From Candidatus Poseidoniales archaeon (GTDB taxonomy: Archaea; Thermoplasmatota; Poseidoniia; Poseidoniales; Poseidoniaceae): 64,000 nucleotides of DNA. The stretch's first letter is position 1, and each line of letters starts with the position of its first letter. The position numbers and the translations under genes were made by a program. The stretch spans positions 20,984 through 84,983 of the forward strand of contig QQSC01000043.1 in assembly GCA_003602475.1 (NCBI GenBank). The letters run 5' to 3'. Positions 9,452 through 18,604 of this stretch are shown here, in pieces. The notes beneath the pieces were generated by a model. That model searched no databases. It saw only the letters and a list, made by a program, of their open reading frames with translations, and was not told where the DNA came from.

Positions 9452-9587
9452 GAAAAATCCCACGGAGATTCATCACTCTAAAGGTGAGCTGAGTGCCTCG
9501 ACGTAAGGTTTGAATGCAAGGTGGTCGGGCTCAAGACCACAACAAATCGTGCAAAGAGTTGAAACACAAGGGTCCGCAGGGTTTGCT

Positions 9588-9767
9588 ATGGGTCACCTTT
9601 CGGACATCAACAAATCCTATTTTGCACACCTTCGCGGAGCATGGGTCATGTCGTTTTGGTTCGCTTTGGGTGCTGTACGACTCATCATTCATGGAATTCT
9701 TCCAAATGTGGATGAGCACGCAGGTCAACGAACCGTCGAAAAGTATTCACCGCCGGCCAAGGAATAA
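9588..9767 (+). CDS. Small hypothetical membrane protein
   Basis: The internal ATG at 9588 gives a 59-aa product with one hydrophobic helix (AWVMSFWFALGAVRLIIHGILP). Short ORF with weak support. Confidence 0.3.
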   Translation: MGHLSDINKSYFAHLRGAWVMSFWFALGAVRLIIHGILPNVDEHAGQRTVEKYSPPAKE

Positions 9768-9928
9768 TTTCCCTCAACATTTGGGCGCTTACTGGCTCAA
9801 GGACAGATCTTCTGGGTAGCGAAACGGTATGTTTTTGCTTTGATTTAGCCGTAAAGCACTGACCTACCGTCACGATGATCACACGTCACTGGATCGTAGC
9901 GAAGTGTTGTTTGAATCCCTTCATGAAA

Positions 9929-10861
9929 TCAAGACGAGGGGTTGGAAGTGTCAAATGCCTTGTTCTCCTTCACCCGTGATTGTTGGATCAACCGACATGC
10001 GACCAAGACACCTGAAACAACGATTGATGCTAGCATCAGTTGTCCTATGAAGTCGTAGTCACGGTTGACAAGCCCCCCGTCAAGCAACAAAAAGTCCACC
10101 GAAAGCAAGGCCCCCATCACGAGGAGTGGAAATGAACCATTGTTGGTGAGGATGAGTTGAGTTGGCCGAGGTGCGTTTCCATCGGTGATCGAAGTTTTGT
10201 TCATGGGGTCGTAGAAATGGGAAAACAAAACCCCCAAACCTGCACCCAACATGTCGCTTACCAAATCCGTTGCCGTGTTAACATAACCGCCCTGGTCAAT
10301 GGTTTGGAACATGGTCTTTCCGAAGAATTCGTACACCTCATAAGCCACACCAATGGCTACGCTGAGCGAAAAAGCGGTAAATGCCACAACGACCGGCGAG
10401 AGTTGCCAGCCGTTGTGCTCAGACATTCTTCTCCACCCAAACGACCAGGCAATGGCGATGGCCGTGCTGTTCATGCCGTGGACAAGTTTGTCCCACCACG
10501 GATGGACATGGTACATTCCGTTCACGCCATCGGCACACAACCACTCACCGGGTTGCATTCCACCGAAACAGAATGGCCCTGGGCCACTATCGGCAGCCCC
10601 TAGAGAGCCACCAACGAAGTGAAGCATGGTCGCAGAATAACCAATCCACAAGGGCAGAGCAGGCATCTGCACGCGGCCACTCCATAGAATGAAGATTGCC
10701 AAAAGAGCCATGAGTACCCCTCCAAAATTGTATCCCGCCCAAAGATTCAGCCCGCGGCTGAGGTTCCAAACAGTGAGGATAAGGCACGATATGAGCCAAG
10801 CCATCACCGGTGCTCGTTCAGGGATTCGGGTTCGATGACCCTGCATAATCCCATCCTCCAT
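9929..10861 (-). CDS. Hypothetical polytopic membrane protein
   Basis: A 310-aa ORF with at least 7 hydrophobic segments. Alternative ATG starts exist at 10846 and 10804. I could not assign a family by eye. Confidence 0.55.
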   Translation of the reverse strand: MEDGIMQGHRTRIPERAPVMAWLISCLILTVWNLSRGLNLWAGYNFGGVLMALLAIFILWSGRVQMPALPLWIGYSATMLHFVGGSLGAADSGPGPFCFGGMQPGEWLCADGVNGMYHVHPWWDKLVHGMNSTAIAIAWSFGWRRMSEHNGWQLSPVVVAFTAFSLSVAIGVAYEVYEFFGKTMFQTIDQGGYVNTATDLVSDMLGAGLGVLFSHFYDPMNKTSITDGNAPRPTQLILTNNGSFPLLVMGALLSVDFLLLDGGLVNRDYDFIGQLMLASIVVSGVLVACRLIQQSRVKENKAFDTSNPSS

Positions 10862-11105
10862 GGAGGTCGGTCAATGACTTCGCTTATCATGGTTAACGAG
10901 ATGATTCAACGGCATGTTCGTATTCTCATCGGCAAACCAAGTGAGGGGCTTCGGAAAAAAAGTCAGATTTGTCCTACGACTCATCCTGATGGGTCATCAT
11001 CCATGGTTTTCTCATCCCAGACCTCCAAAGTCGCCGTCACGCATCTAAGCGTCCGCAGGAAGGAACATCACCTCGACAAGGAGGTGAAGCGACCACATGC
11101 CTGCC

Positions 11106-14100
11106 TCATTGCTGAGATTGAGCGTATTGTACAGCGTACTGTTGAGCATATGCGGCAGCCGTTGCCGCATCGTACCCTTGTCCGACAAATTGCTGGTAAT
11201 ACTGGTCATAGATGGCTTGGTCGTAACCCGCTGCTGGCTGTGCTGCTGGTTGGGCTGCTGGTTGAGAAGCTGCCTGTCCGCCACCGACGTATTGGGCTGC
11301 GAAGGAACGTGCCGTCTCTTCTGGGTAGCCTTGAGCGATGAGTTGCTGAACGTACTGTTCGGTTGGATCAAGCGCCATAGCCCCAAAGCCACCATCCATG
11401 TCTGCAAAGGCGTCTTCCTTTTCGCCACCGCGGCGTGCGAACATCAAACTCACGAGAATCAGAACCACGAGGCCAATGCCACCTGCAATGACAACCGTTG
11501 AGTCGAGGCCTTGGCCTTCACCTTGCGTGTTGTCGGCGCCATCGGATGGCGCAGACCATTCACCCGTGACCGGGTCATAGGTCCATGCTCCGTCCCACTG
11601 ACAATTTCCGTTAGCATCCAAGATGAATTCTCCTCCGGCTGCATCAGCATCTGGATCCGCCTCCAATCCCTGACAGGCAGGGAGGTTGATTTCGATCCAC
11701 TTTATGGTGACCCAACGCTGGTTGGGGAATTCACCCTCGTAATACTTGATGAACACCTCTTGTGTTCTTGAAGCGTTCGTGTATTTTGAAGACAATGACA
11801 ATGTGATTTCAAAGGTGTCACTGTCCCCCAAAGCCGAACTTTTGCCCCAGAGGTCGAGTTCACTCAAGTTGTACTTCATGACTGAAGAGACACCGAAGTC
11901 CTCTTCATTGAACGCTGCCTCAACATACACATCCCCATCCTCAGCACCAGAAAGGATGGTACCGGAAATGGTGATGGTGTCGGCGTCGACCCGCGTGTCG
12001 TTGAGGTTGACTTGTTCCCATTGCACGACCGGCTCCTCATCGCCGAAGCCTTCGGGGACAACCACGAAGTACATTCTGTGGCGCTCGGAGAGTTTACCTG
12101 CGCTGTCGTAGACCACCAATTCCACACGGATTTGGTTTTCGATTGTGCCGGTGGAATCCACGGTCACGTTCTGGAAACGGTAGGACCAGGCTCCGTTGCT
12201 GGCAGCACCTTGAGTGAACGTGTGGCCGTCGAGGTCGAAACTATCGTCGCCATAGGGTGCGTCAAAGAGAACCTTCCACTGGTAGCTTTCAATGCCTCTG
12301 CTTGGATCGCCTTCAAGCGCATCTCGGTCAGAGGAATTGCTAGCGTCAAAGTTAATCACCAACTCAGCGTCGTCGCCTTCACCTTGCAAAATGATGCGGT
12401 GAACGTCCCATTCCTGACCAGAAACCGTCTTGGTGCCAACAAATTGAACGTTGTCTTCGTAATCTGGGCGAATGTCAATGCTCGCTGAAGCCTCCGGTCG
12501 GAATTCGTCTGCATAAACGTCGTTGGTTTCAACGGTCAAGTTGATCGTTCGTGCGTGCCCGTTGGCGTCGTGAAGCATCAAGGTCACGAACCAGCGCTCA
12601 CCTTGAGCACAGCCGGTCTGTGAAGCCAAGTCAATCTTACAGAAGGTCATGTTCGGGTTCATGTCCGTGGTATGATCAGTGGCACCGTTGGCCAAGCTGT
12701 CACCTTCCCAATCTGTAGGGCCTTGAATAATCCAATCTGCCGTCAAGGTCTCCGTGGTGTCGGTGTTGTATCCGAACACAAGAGCCGCATTGCTCTTCAT
12801 GTATCGAAGCGCATAGTCACCGGTGCTCGGATCAATGTCTGGTGTGACGCCATTCACGGTCAAATCAAGACCGTTGCCGAGGGTTCCGAAACCTTGTGGA
12901 TACGGATCCACATGGTACTGAAGCATGTTTCCAAGAAGGGGGAAGGTGGTACTGTCAGCGCGTTCTGAATGGGATGCGACGTCGATCGTGGAAACGATGA
13001 GGCCACCGGAGTAGTAACTGCAGACGCCAAGAACGGTGTCTCTAATGTCGGAAGTGGAACGAATCAATCGTTGGAAGAATCCTCCGTTCTCCATGTATCC
13101 GTTGCAAGCGTTTGGAACATTCGCTGCATTGTTGTTTTGAGTGTTGAGCACAGCTTGGGCGACTCCTGAGGATTGATCAAAGCCTTGGAAGGAAGTGGGA
13201 TCCACGTTGTCCATCATTGGATGGAAGGGGTCGGCGAGGTCCATGGTGGCAAACGTAACTTGGTTGGTCGAATCCAAGCTCTGAATGTTGAGACCAAAGG
13301 GCAATCGACCAGGCAACTGGTCGTTCAGACCGTAGATTTGCTCTCCCTGCGGTCCAAGGTGAGCCTGTACGGTACCGCCTGCAGACATGAAATTTTCAAG
13401 GATGGTCCGTCGAGCCGGTTCACCGATGTACTGGTAGTAACCGTCTCCACCAAATTGAGTGTCACGGGCAGATAGCGTGTCCTGCCATGGCAGAATGATT
13501 TTCCCGTAATGGGTGAACCATCCAGCGTCAAAGTACGTGTCCCAGTCGTTGATTTCAAACTGGGTGTAACTCATGTTCAGAAGAGCCATGTCTTCCTTGA
13601 TCGCAGTGGTACGAACCGATGTGTCCGACAAGATTGCCACGTCGACCATGTCAGCGAACGAAGCATGGAAGTATCGGAGGTTTCCAGTTTCGGAACCATC
13701 GGCCAATTGTCCATAGAAGCTGATGTTGTACGTGTGGCCATCCATCCAACCGTTCCAAGGTGTAAAGGACACTTCAGTGCGCTCTTGGCTCTCAAGTGTT
13801 CGTGCTGCACCAGCGGTGACTTGGTGAGCCAAAGTTCCGTCGGCCATGTCGTGAACGTCCATGAAGAACACGTAATCTCCGCCAAGCACACCATTGGTTG
13901 CTGAGAACTCCCAGTCATGAGTCAAGGCGCTGTCAATGGGGAGGACACATGTCAGAGTCTGGTCGCTGTGGCACGCCAATGTATCGGGTCGGCCAATCGA
14001 GATGTCCACGGATTCAACGTTGAAGATTACACGCTCCACGTTGTTGGCTTGGGAAATTTCCTCGTTGTTGAACCATGCTGTCCCCGCAGTGGTGTTGTCG

Positions 14101-17100
14101 TAGAGGGTACGTACGTCAACTCGATACACTCCGGAGAGGAACTCGTGGGACCCTACAACGGTTGTGGCGGCATCTTCGGCGTCAACGTTCGTTCGAGTTG
14201 TCGTGTAGGTTGCGTCTTCTACGAAGGTGTATTCCTGAAGGCTGATGTTGTTGAATCCAACGCCCTTGAACCCGTCGTTGATGCCGTTTCGCCCATCATC
14301 ATCGGATTGGAAGGTGAAATTCACAGTCACGGTTGAACCCTGAAGCGAAAGACATTCGTTTGTCCAAAGGAACGAGTCCGCAGAGGAGCGGTTCTGGATG
14401 TACAAGTGGGTCAAGTCAATGCTTGTGGTCTTAACAAGTTCGTCGCTGTTGAAGAACACGTTGTAATTCCCATCCGTACCCTCGAGCGTTGCCGGGTCGC
14501 CGATGTAATCGAGTTCGGTGATGTCAATGGATTCGGTGGCGTTGATGATGCCGTTTTCATCATCGTCGTTTTGACAGGTGCCGTCTTCGTTGTAGTCGTT
14601 CCACTGGGCGTAAACGAGACCGTTGTAGTTTTGTCCTGCGTTGGCATAGTCAACCGTCATGGTCACGTAATCACTCGGGTCGATGTTGCCTGACTGATCG
14701 ATGGTGTAAAACGTGTCAGCGTAGTACTCAAAGTTCAAGGAGACAAAGTCTCCATTTTCTGCCGTCAAATCAATGTTCGGAATGGTGAGGGTCTGATTGG
14801 CCCATGCGTCGTCATATCCGAGTGTAGAAGTATCGCAGGGGTGGCCAAACCAATAGGCGTTGCTGTTGAAGATCTTGGTCGAACAGGTGTTCTCGTTGTA
14901 AATAGCTCCCAATGGATTTTGATTTTCTTGGTAGCGGGTGCCTTCAGTACCACCTTCAAACGACTCAACGCACACAGCAGAAGGCGTTCCACAGTACACA
15001 TCCGATGGTGTTGCTGAATAGACCGTAGCTTCCACGTCGAAGTCAACTGGAGTGTTGCCCCAATTGTTGGTGATGACCTCAATGTCGAAGGTGCCTTCTG
15101 CGTAGAGGCTACCGGGTGCGAAATTTTCAATCGATTCTACCGCTGGATCGTAGAGGTTGAACGGGGTCACGTATCCAATGGCGTCGTTGTTGATCGGTTG
15201 TTCGTCCCAGTTGTTGTTGGAGAGCGTGGCTGAGATGCGGTAGGTGGTGTCGTTGAGCACGTCCGCTTGAATCGAAGTCGTGTACTCTTGGCCAGGTTGG
15301 AGGTTGTTGAGTGTAATGGTCGTGGATTGAACCTGGGGGTTGGGGAAGAAAACCGTGTTTTGCTTCGAAATGGACAGGTTGTCCACTGCAAATCCGTCTC
15401 GGCCAGTCCAGAGGCTTTCGTTGGCGTTGGATGTGGATCCCTCAAAGCCAGTTCGGAACCGGAACCGGAGGTCCACTGTCTCCCCCGCCCAAGGCGAGAG
15501 GTCAAAGGCTCCAAGATCCTCATCGGTGAAGTTGTCCCAACCGTAAAACGTTCCTGATGCTGCAAGGCCATAATAGACAATGTTCTCTGCTGCAGCGCCG
15601 TAGAAATTCTGTTTGAAGCCGCGGTCGGTGTCGAATCCACCCCATACCGAAACACCGTTGGGGCAAGCACCCTCGATAGCGGCGCGTTGTGGGCAACCGA
15701 TCACGTTCCAGCCACTCTCGGCACTGCCGACTTCCACGATGGCAAGGTCGTCCCACACGTCACCGACGATGAAACCACCTTGTTGGTCGAGGTTACCCAA
15801 TGCTCCAAGGCCGAGATGTCGGAAGAGTTCAACGTCCATGAACGCACGGTCAGCGCCCGTCAGGTCCACATTCTCAAGGACCATGGCGTCGTCCCAGTTG
15901 TTTCCATAACCGCTCCATGAGTCACCAGAGGCGTTGGTCACCATGTTGCCAGCCCACATAAAGTCGGTTGGATTGAGGTAATTGGCGGAAAAGTTCTCGC
16001 CGTTGTTGCCGTCTGAGGCACCGGTGGAGTGGTTGGTCTCCAAATGCCAGCTGGTGGATTGGTCAATGTATTCCTCGAAGGCCCAGGTGCAACCCGTGCC
16101 ACAGTTGCTCACAGGAGTGCTGTCCCAATCGTTGGCGTACACCGTGGTGTTGGTGGAGTTGACTTGGTCAACCACCTTGAGTTCGACCGCGAGATCGGCG
16201 GTTTGGCCGTTGAGTGTGTCCATGCCGGTGTTGGTTACCGTGACGTTGAACGTCCGGGTTCCCTCTCCGACAATACCGAAGAACCGGTCAACTGGGTCAA
16301 CGGTCAAGTCCGTCACGGCCAAATCACGGTTGTCCATTTCAACCACCGTGATGGTGTCGTATTGTCCTTCCCAACCGAAGTTGTCACGCCACCCACCGAA
16401 GTTGTACTGAGTGTGGCCAACGGCAAGGTCAGGGGCGGAATTGGCAGCACCCTGAAGTTGTCCTACAGCCACTGAAGACGGTCGTCGGCCTGCGGTGTAC
16501 GATAGCGGGCTCACGTGGCCTCCATTGCCATCAGAGAGCGTTACTTGGACAGATGTGGGGAACGAGAGAAAGAAGCTCGATGTGCTTCCGCCAGAGGAAT
16601 CTGAAGTGTTCACCTGGTAGGCGATGGTGGGGTTGATGAAATCGGCTTGATTGTCCCCATTGAGGTCTTCAATGGCGATCCCCCAAGAGATGTAGGGGCC
16701 AAAATAAGCGTTTTGAGAAGCACCAAACGTCCCTTGAGCCGATGCTGATTTGTACGTCACGTTTTCGAGGTTTCCGTCGTTCATGGCGATGGTGTCAACG
16801 TAGCCGACTCCAGCGACGTCTGCGATGGCAAAGTCCTCAGAAAACGGGACGCCAAATTGAATCACGGTCGGGTTGGACGATGTGATGTCGGTGGGGTAAG
16901 CACCTGGCGTGCTTTGGACGCCAGTGCAGGAGTATTCCACGATGGTGACGTTGTCGCCATTGCCGGGGTTTGTGGTCTGACCGGAGGCGTAGTCGAGGCC
17001 TTCCGAGCGAAGCAAGAAAATGTCATCGTCGGTGCAGCTGCCGCCCAGGCCCACGGTTTGTGTTTCACCGTAATCACCGACCTCGAGAGAGCGGTACGTG

Positions 17101-17900
17101 AACGTTGTAGAGGTTCCAAGGAATACTGGAGTGCCTTGGGTTGTGGAAGTGATGGGGCCTCGGTAACTTACAACGTTCTGGCGAGTGAGGTCTTCTTCCA
17201 ATTCAAGAACGAAGATGTCGTCGTTGCCGTCTTGATCAGCGTCGCCGACGGTCATGTCCCAAACCCAAAAGTGCGTGAAGCGTTGGCCAATCGACCAATC
17301 TTTGTTGTTGCAGCCGTCGTTCTCAATGATGGTAACGTTGCCTGGCTCTCCTGCGGGAGCGCCCTGGTCGTTTTGTTTGAAGGGATTGTTCTTCTGGTAG
17401 ATGACAATGTCAGGTGCGTTGTCATCGGTGAATTCTCCGACTTCGATCTGTTCGACGTTGGCAAATTCGTCCCAATCGGCATTTCTGCTGGCATTTGCGG
17501 ACACCCAAATGTCCTGTCGCTCACTGAAATCACCCGTTCCATCGTTCCAAAGAATGCTCAGCGTGTGCGTGCCCTCAGTGGCAATTGCCATGTCGTTGTG
17601 GCCGTCGCAGTTGAAGTCGGCAATGGCGATGTCCACAGGGTCGCGGTTGGTGGTGTAGGTGCGCGCCACCGAGGCACTGGCGGTGGTGGTAAATGCGAGT
17701 GTGGTGCTGAACACCATCAACACAGCAAGGAAAACGCTGCGGATTCGGGCCTTAGAGAGGTCGCTTTGGGTTTGCATAGACATCAGTACTTTCGCCAAGC
17801 CCTGTTGCCATTTAATGCCTTTGTCTTGAGGTTTGCCAGACATGGGGCGCAGGAGCCCGAAACCGCTATGTTGTATCCGAAATTTATTTCTAAATTTCAT
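11106..17900 (-). CDS. Giant (>2200 aa) cell-surface protein with FG-GAP/VCBS-like repeats, C-terminal TM anchor and cytoplasmic Q/Y/A-rich tail
   Basis: A single uninterrupted ORF. The signal-anchor is IRSVFLAVLMVFSTTLAFTTTASA. FG-GAP-like Ca-binding loops are present (FNCDGHNDMAIA, GDADQDGNDDIFV, DLNGDNQADFI). The TM helix VVIAGGIGLVVLILVSLMFARR lies ~105 aa before the stop. The start is uncertain, with ATGs at 17924, 17900, 17843, 17783 and 17777; 17900 sits 2 nt after the upstream gene's TAA. Confidence 0.8.
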   Translation of the reverse strand: MKFRNKFRIQHSGFGLLRPMSGKPQDKGIKWQQGLAKVLMSMQTQSDLSKARIRSVFLAVLMVFSTTLAFTTTASASVARTYTTNRDPVDIAIADFNCDGHNDMAIATEGTHTLSILWNDGTGDFSERQDIWVSANASRNADWDEFANVEQIEVGEFTDDNAPDIVIYQKNNPFKQNDQGAPAGEPGNVTIIENDGCNNKDWSIGQRFTHFWVWDMTVGDADQDGNDDIFVLELEEDLTRQNVVSYRGPITSTTQGTPVFLGTSTTFTYRSLEVGDYGETQTVGLGGSCTDDDIFLLRSEGLDYASGQTTNPGNGDNVTIVEYSCTGVQSTPGAYPTDITSSNPTVIQFGVPFSEDFAIADVAGVGYVDTIAMNDGNLENVTYKSASAQGTFGASQNAYFGPYISWGIAIEDLNGDNQADFINPTIAYQVNTSDSSGGSTSSFFLSFPTSVQVTLSDGNGGHVSPLSYTAGRRPSSVAVGQLQGAANSAPDLAVGHTQYNFGGWRDNFGWEGQYDTITVVEMDNRDLAVTDLTVDPVDRFFGIVGEGTRTFNVTVTNTGMDTLNGQTADLAVELKVVDQVNSTNTTVYANDWDSTPVSNCGTGCTWAFEEYIDQSTSWHLETNHSTGASDGNNGENFSANYLNPTDFMWAGNMVTNASGDSWSGYGNNWDDAMVLENVDLTGADRAFMDVELFRHLGLGALGNLDQQGGFIVGDVWDDLAIVEVGSAESGWNVIGCPQRAAIEGACPNGVSVWGGFDTDRGFKQNFYGAAAENIVYYGLAASGTFYGWDNFTDEDLGAFDLSPWAGETVDLRFRFRTGFEGSTSNANESLWTGRDGFAVDNLSISKQNTVFFPNPQVQSTTITLNNLQPGQEYTTSIQADVLNDTTYRISATLSNNNWDEQPINNDAIGYVTPFNLYDPAVESIENFAPGSLYAEGTFDIEVITNNWGNTPVDFDVEATVYSATPSDVYCGTPSAVCVESFEGGTEGTRYQENQNPLGAIYNENTCSTKIFNSNAYWFGHPCDTSTLGYDDAWANQTLTIPNIDLTAENGDFVSLNFEYYADTFYTIDQSGNIDPSDYVTMTVDYANAGQNYNGLVYAQWNDYNEDGTCQNDDDENGIINATESIDITELDYIGDPATLEGTDGNYNVFFNSDELVKTTSIDLTHLYIQNRSSADSFLWTNECLSLQGSTVTVNFTFQSDDDGRNGINDGFKGVGFNNISLQEYTFVEDATYTTTRTNVDAEDAATTVVGSHEFLSGVYRVDVRTLYDNTTAGTAWFNNEEISQANNVERVIFNVESVDISIGRPDTLACHSDQTLTCVLPIDSALTHDWEFSATNGVLGGDYVFFMDVHDMADGTLAHQVTAGAARTLESQERTEVSFTPWNGWMDGHTYNISFYGQLADGSETGNLRYFHASFADMVDVAILSDTSVRTTAIKEDMALLNMSYTQFEINDWDTYFDAGWFTHYGKIILPWQDTLSARDTQFGGDGYYQYIGEPARRTILENFMSAGGTVQAHLGPQGEQIYGLNDQLPGRLPFGLNIQSLDSTNQVTFATMDLADPFHPMMDNVDPTSFQGFDQSSGVAQAVLNTQNNNAANVPNACNGYMENGGFFQRLIRSTSDIRDTVLGVCSYYSGGLIVSTIDVASHSERADSTTFPLLGNMLQYHVDPYPQGFGTLGNGLDLTVNGVTPDIDPSTGDYALRYMKSNAALVFGYNTDTTETLTADWIIQGPTDWEGDSLANGATDHTTDMNPNMTFCKIDLASQTGCAQGERWFVTLMLHDANGHARTINLTVETNDVYADEFRPEASASIDIRPDYEDNVQFVGTKTVSGQEWDVHRIILQGEGDDAELVINFDASNSSDRDALEGDPSRGIESYQWKVLFDAPYGDDSFDLDGHTFTQGAASNGAWSYRFQNVTVDSTGTIENQIRVELVVYDSAGKLSERHRMYFVVVPEGFGDEEPVVQWEQVNLNDTRVDADTITISGTILSGAEDGDVYVEAAFNEEDFGVSSVMKYNLSELDLWGKSSALGDSDTFEITLSLSSKYTNASRTQEVFIKYYEGEFPNQRWVTIKWIEINLPACQGLEADPDADAAGGEFILDANGNCQWDGAWTYDPVTGEWSAPSDGADNTQGEGQGLDSTVVIAGGIGLVVLILVSLMFARRGGEKEDAFADMDGGFGAMALDPTEQYVQQLIAQGYPEETARSFAAQYVGGGQAASQPAAQPAAQPAAGYDQAIYDQYYQQFVGQGYDAATAAAYAQQYAVQYAQSQQ
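11230..11265 (-). repeat. 12-bp x3 microsatellite encoding (AAQP)3 in the tail of the giant protein
   Basis: Plus strand reads gctgctggctgt gctgctggttgg gctgctggttga. The protein reads QPAAQPAAQPAA. Confidence 0.8.
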
Positions 17901-17902
17901 TC

Positions 17903-18559
17903 TTAGATTCGACCGGCTAGCCATTTCGGGGAAGGTCCCCAACCCGTGGCGTCACCGCCGTGAATTTTGACCAGTTTGCCGGCTGCAAACAACGATTCCA
18001 ACCAAACTTCCAGTGTAGTCCCTTCACGGTCGCCAAGCTTTGACGAGGCGATTTCTTCGATATCTTCCGTACGCAAGCCGCTCATGCCGTGGTCACGAAC
18101 GACAACTTCGAGCAATTCTCGAAGCCAAGCTTCTGCCATTGGGTCCACGCTGGTCACGCTTTGAACGGGATGTGGCGTGTCGGTGTCCTCGAGAACATCC
18201 ATCAACCCAACCACGTCGGGACGACTCGGTCCTTTCAGTCCGGATTCATCTAGACGTTCCTGGATGTTCAACTGCCCAATCGGGCGCCGAACCACCGGAA
18301 TCCGACTCGGATCCGGTGTTGGCCCCATGTCATTGGGAGCCTCCGGAACGTCTTCCGGTTGACCTGCTGAATCAACAGTGACCGGTGAAAGGTTGGTCGA
18401 TTTTGAGGGCTTTCCGGCCGGCATGGTCCAACCCACACCTACCAAGCCCAATTCGTCAACCTTCGAGGCGACCCAGTCGGCTTCACCTTCGATGATGACA
18501 TTCACATCGTGGTCGTCGGAGCGAAAGCGGTATCGAACCTGTCCTCGAAGTTCACCCAT
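17903..18559 (-). CDS. Hypothetical protein (218 aa) immediately upstream of the giant surface protein gene
   Basis: ATG start preceded by GAGGCGG. Acidic/proline-rich middle and helical C-terminal ~80 aa. No family motif recognised. Confidence 0.5.
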   Translation of the reverse strand: MGELRGQVRYRFRSDDHDVNVIIEGEADWVASKVDELGLVGVGWTMPAGKPSKSTNLSPVTVDSAGQPEDVPEAPNDMGPTPDPSRIPVVRRPIGQLNIQERLDESGLKGPSRPDVVGLMDVLEDTDTPHPVQSVTSVDPMAEAWLRELLEVVVRDHGMSGLRTEDIEEIASSKLGDREGTTLEVWLESLFAAGKLVKIHGGDATGWGPSPKWLAGRI

Positions 18560-18604
18560 GGTTGCCGCCTCTGTAAGTGGTTTCTGAGTGATGTTATGAA
18601 GATT

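Noticed and set aside
10955-10961. A T7 tract on the minus strand about 145 nt downstream of the giant gene's stop, as a possible archaeal oligo-T terminator.
   Set aside because: It is plausible, but a single homopolymer run with no supporting transcript-end data is not enough to annotate as a feature.
16857-17906. Long antisense ORFs opposite well-supported genes: 16857-17906 (+), 20048-21142 (+), 22345-23196 (-), 55108-56067 (-), 61276-62016 (-), 37672-38238 (+).
   Set aside because: Each lies entirely inside a gene with strong family motifs on the other strand (giant adhesin, aconitase, korA, ccmF, hydratase/carboxylase, moxR). Their translations are low-information and R/G/V/H-rich. This is typical of stop-poor antisense frames in G+C-rich coding DNA.
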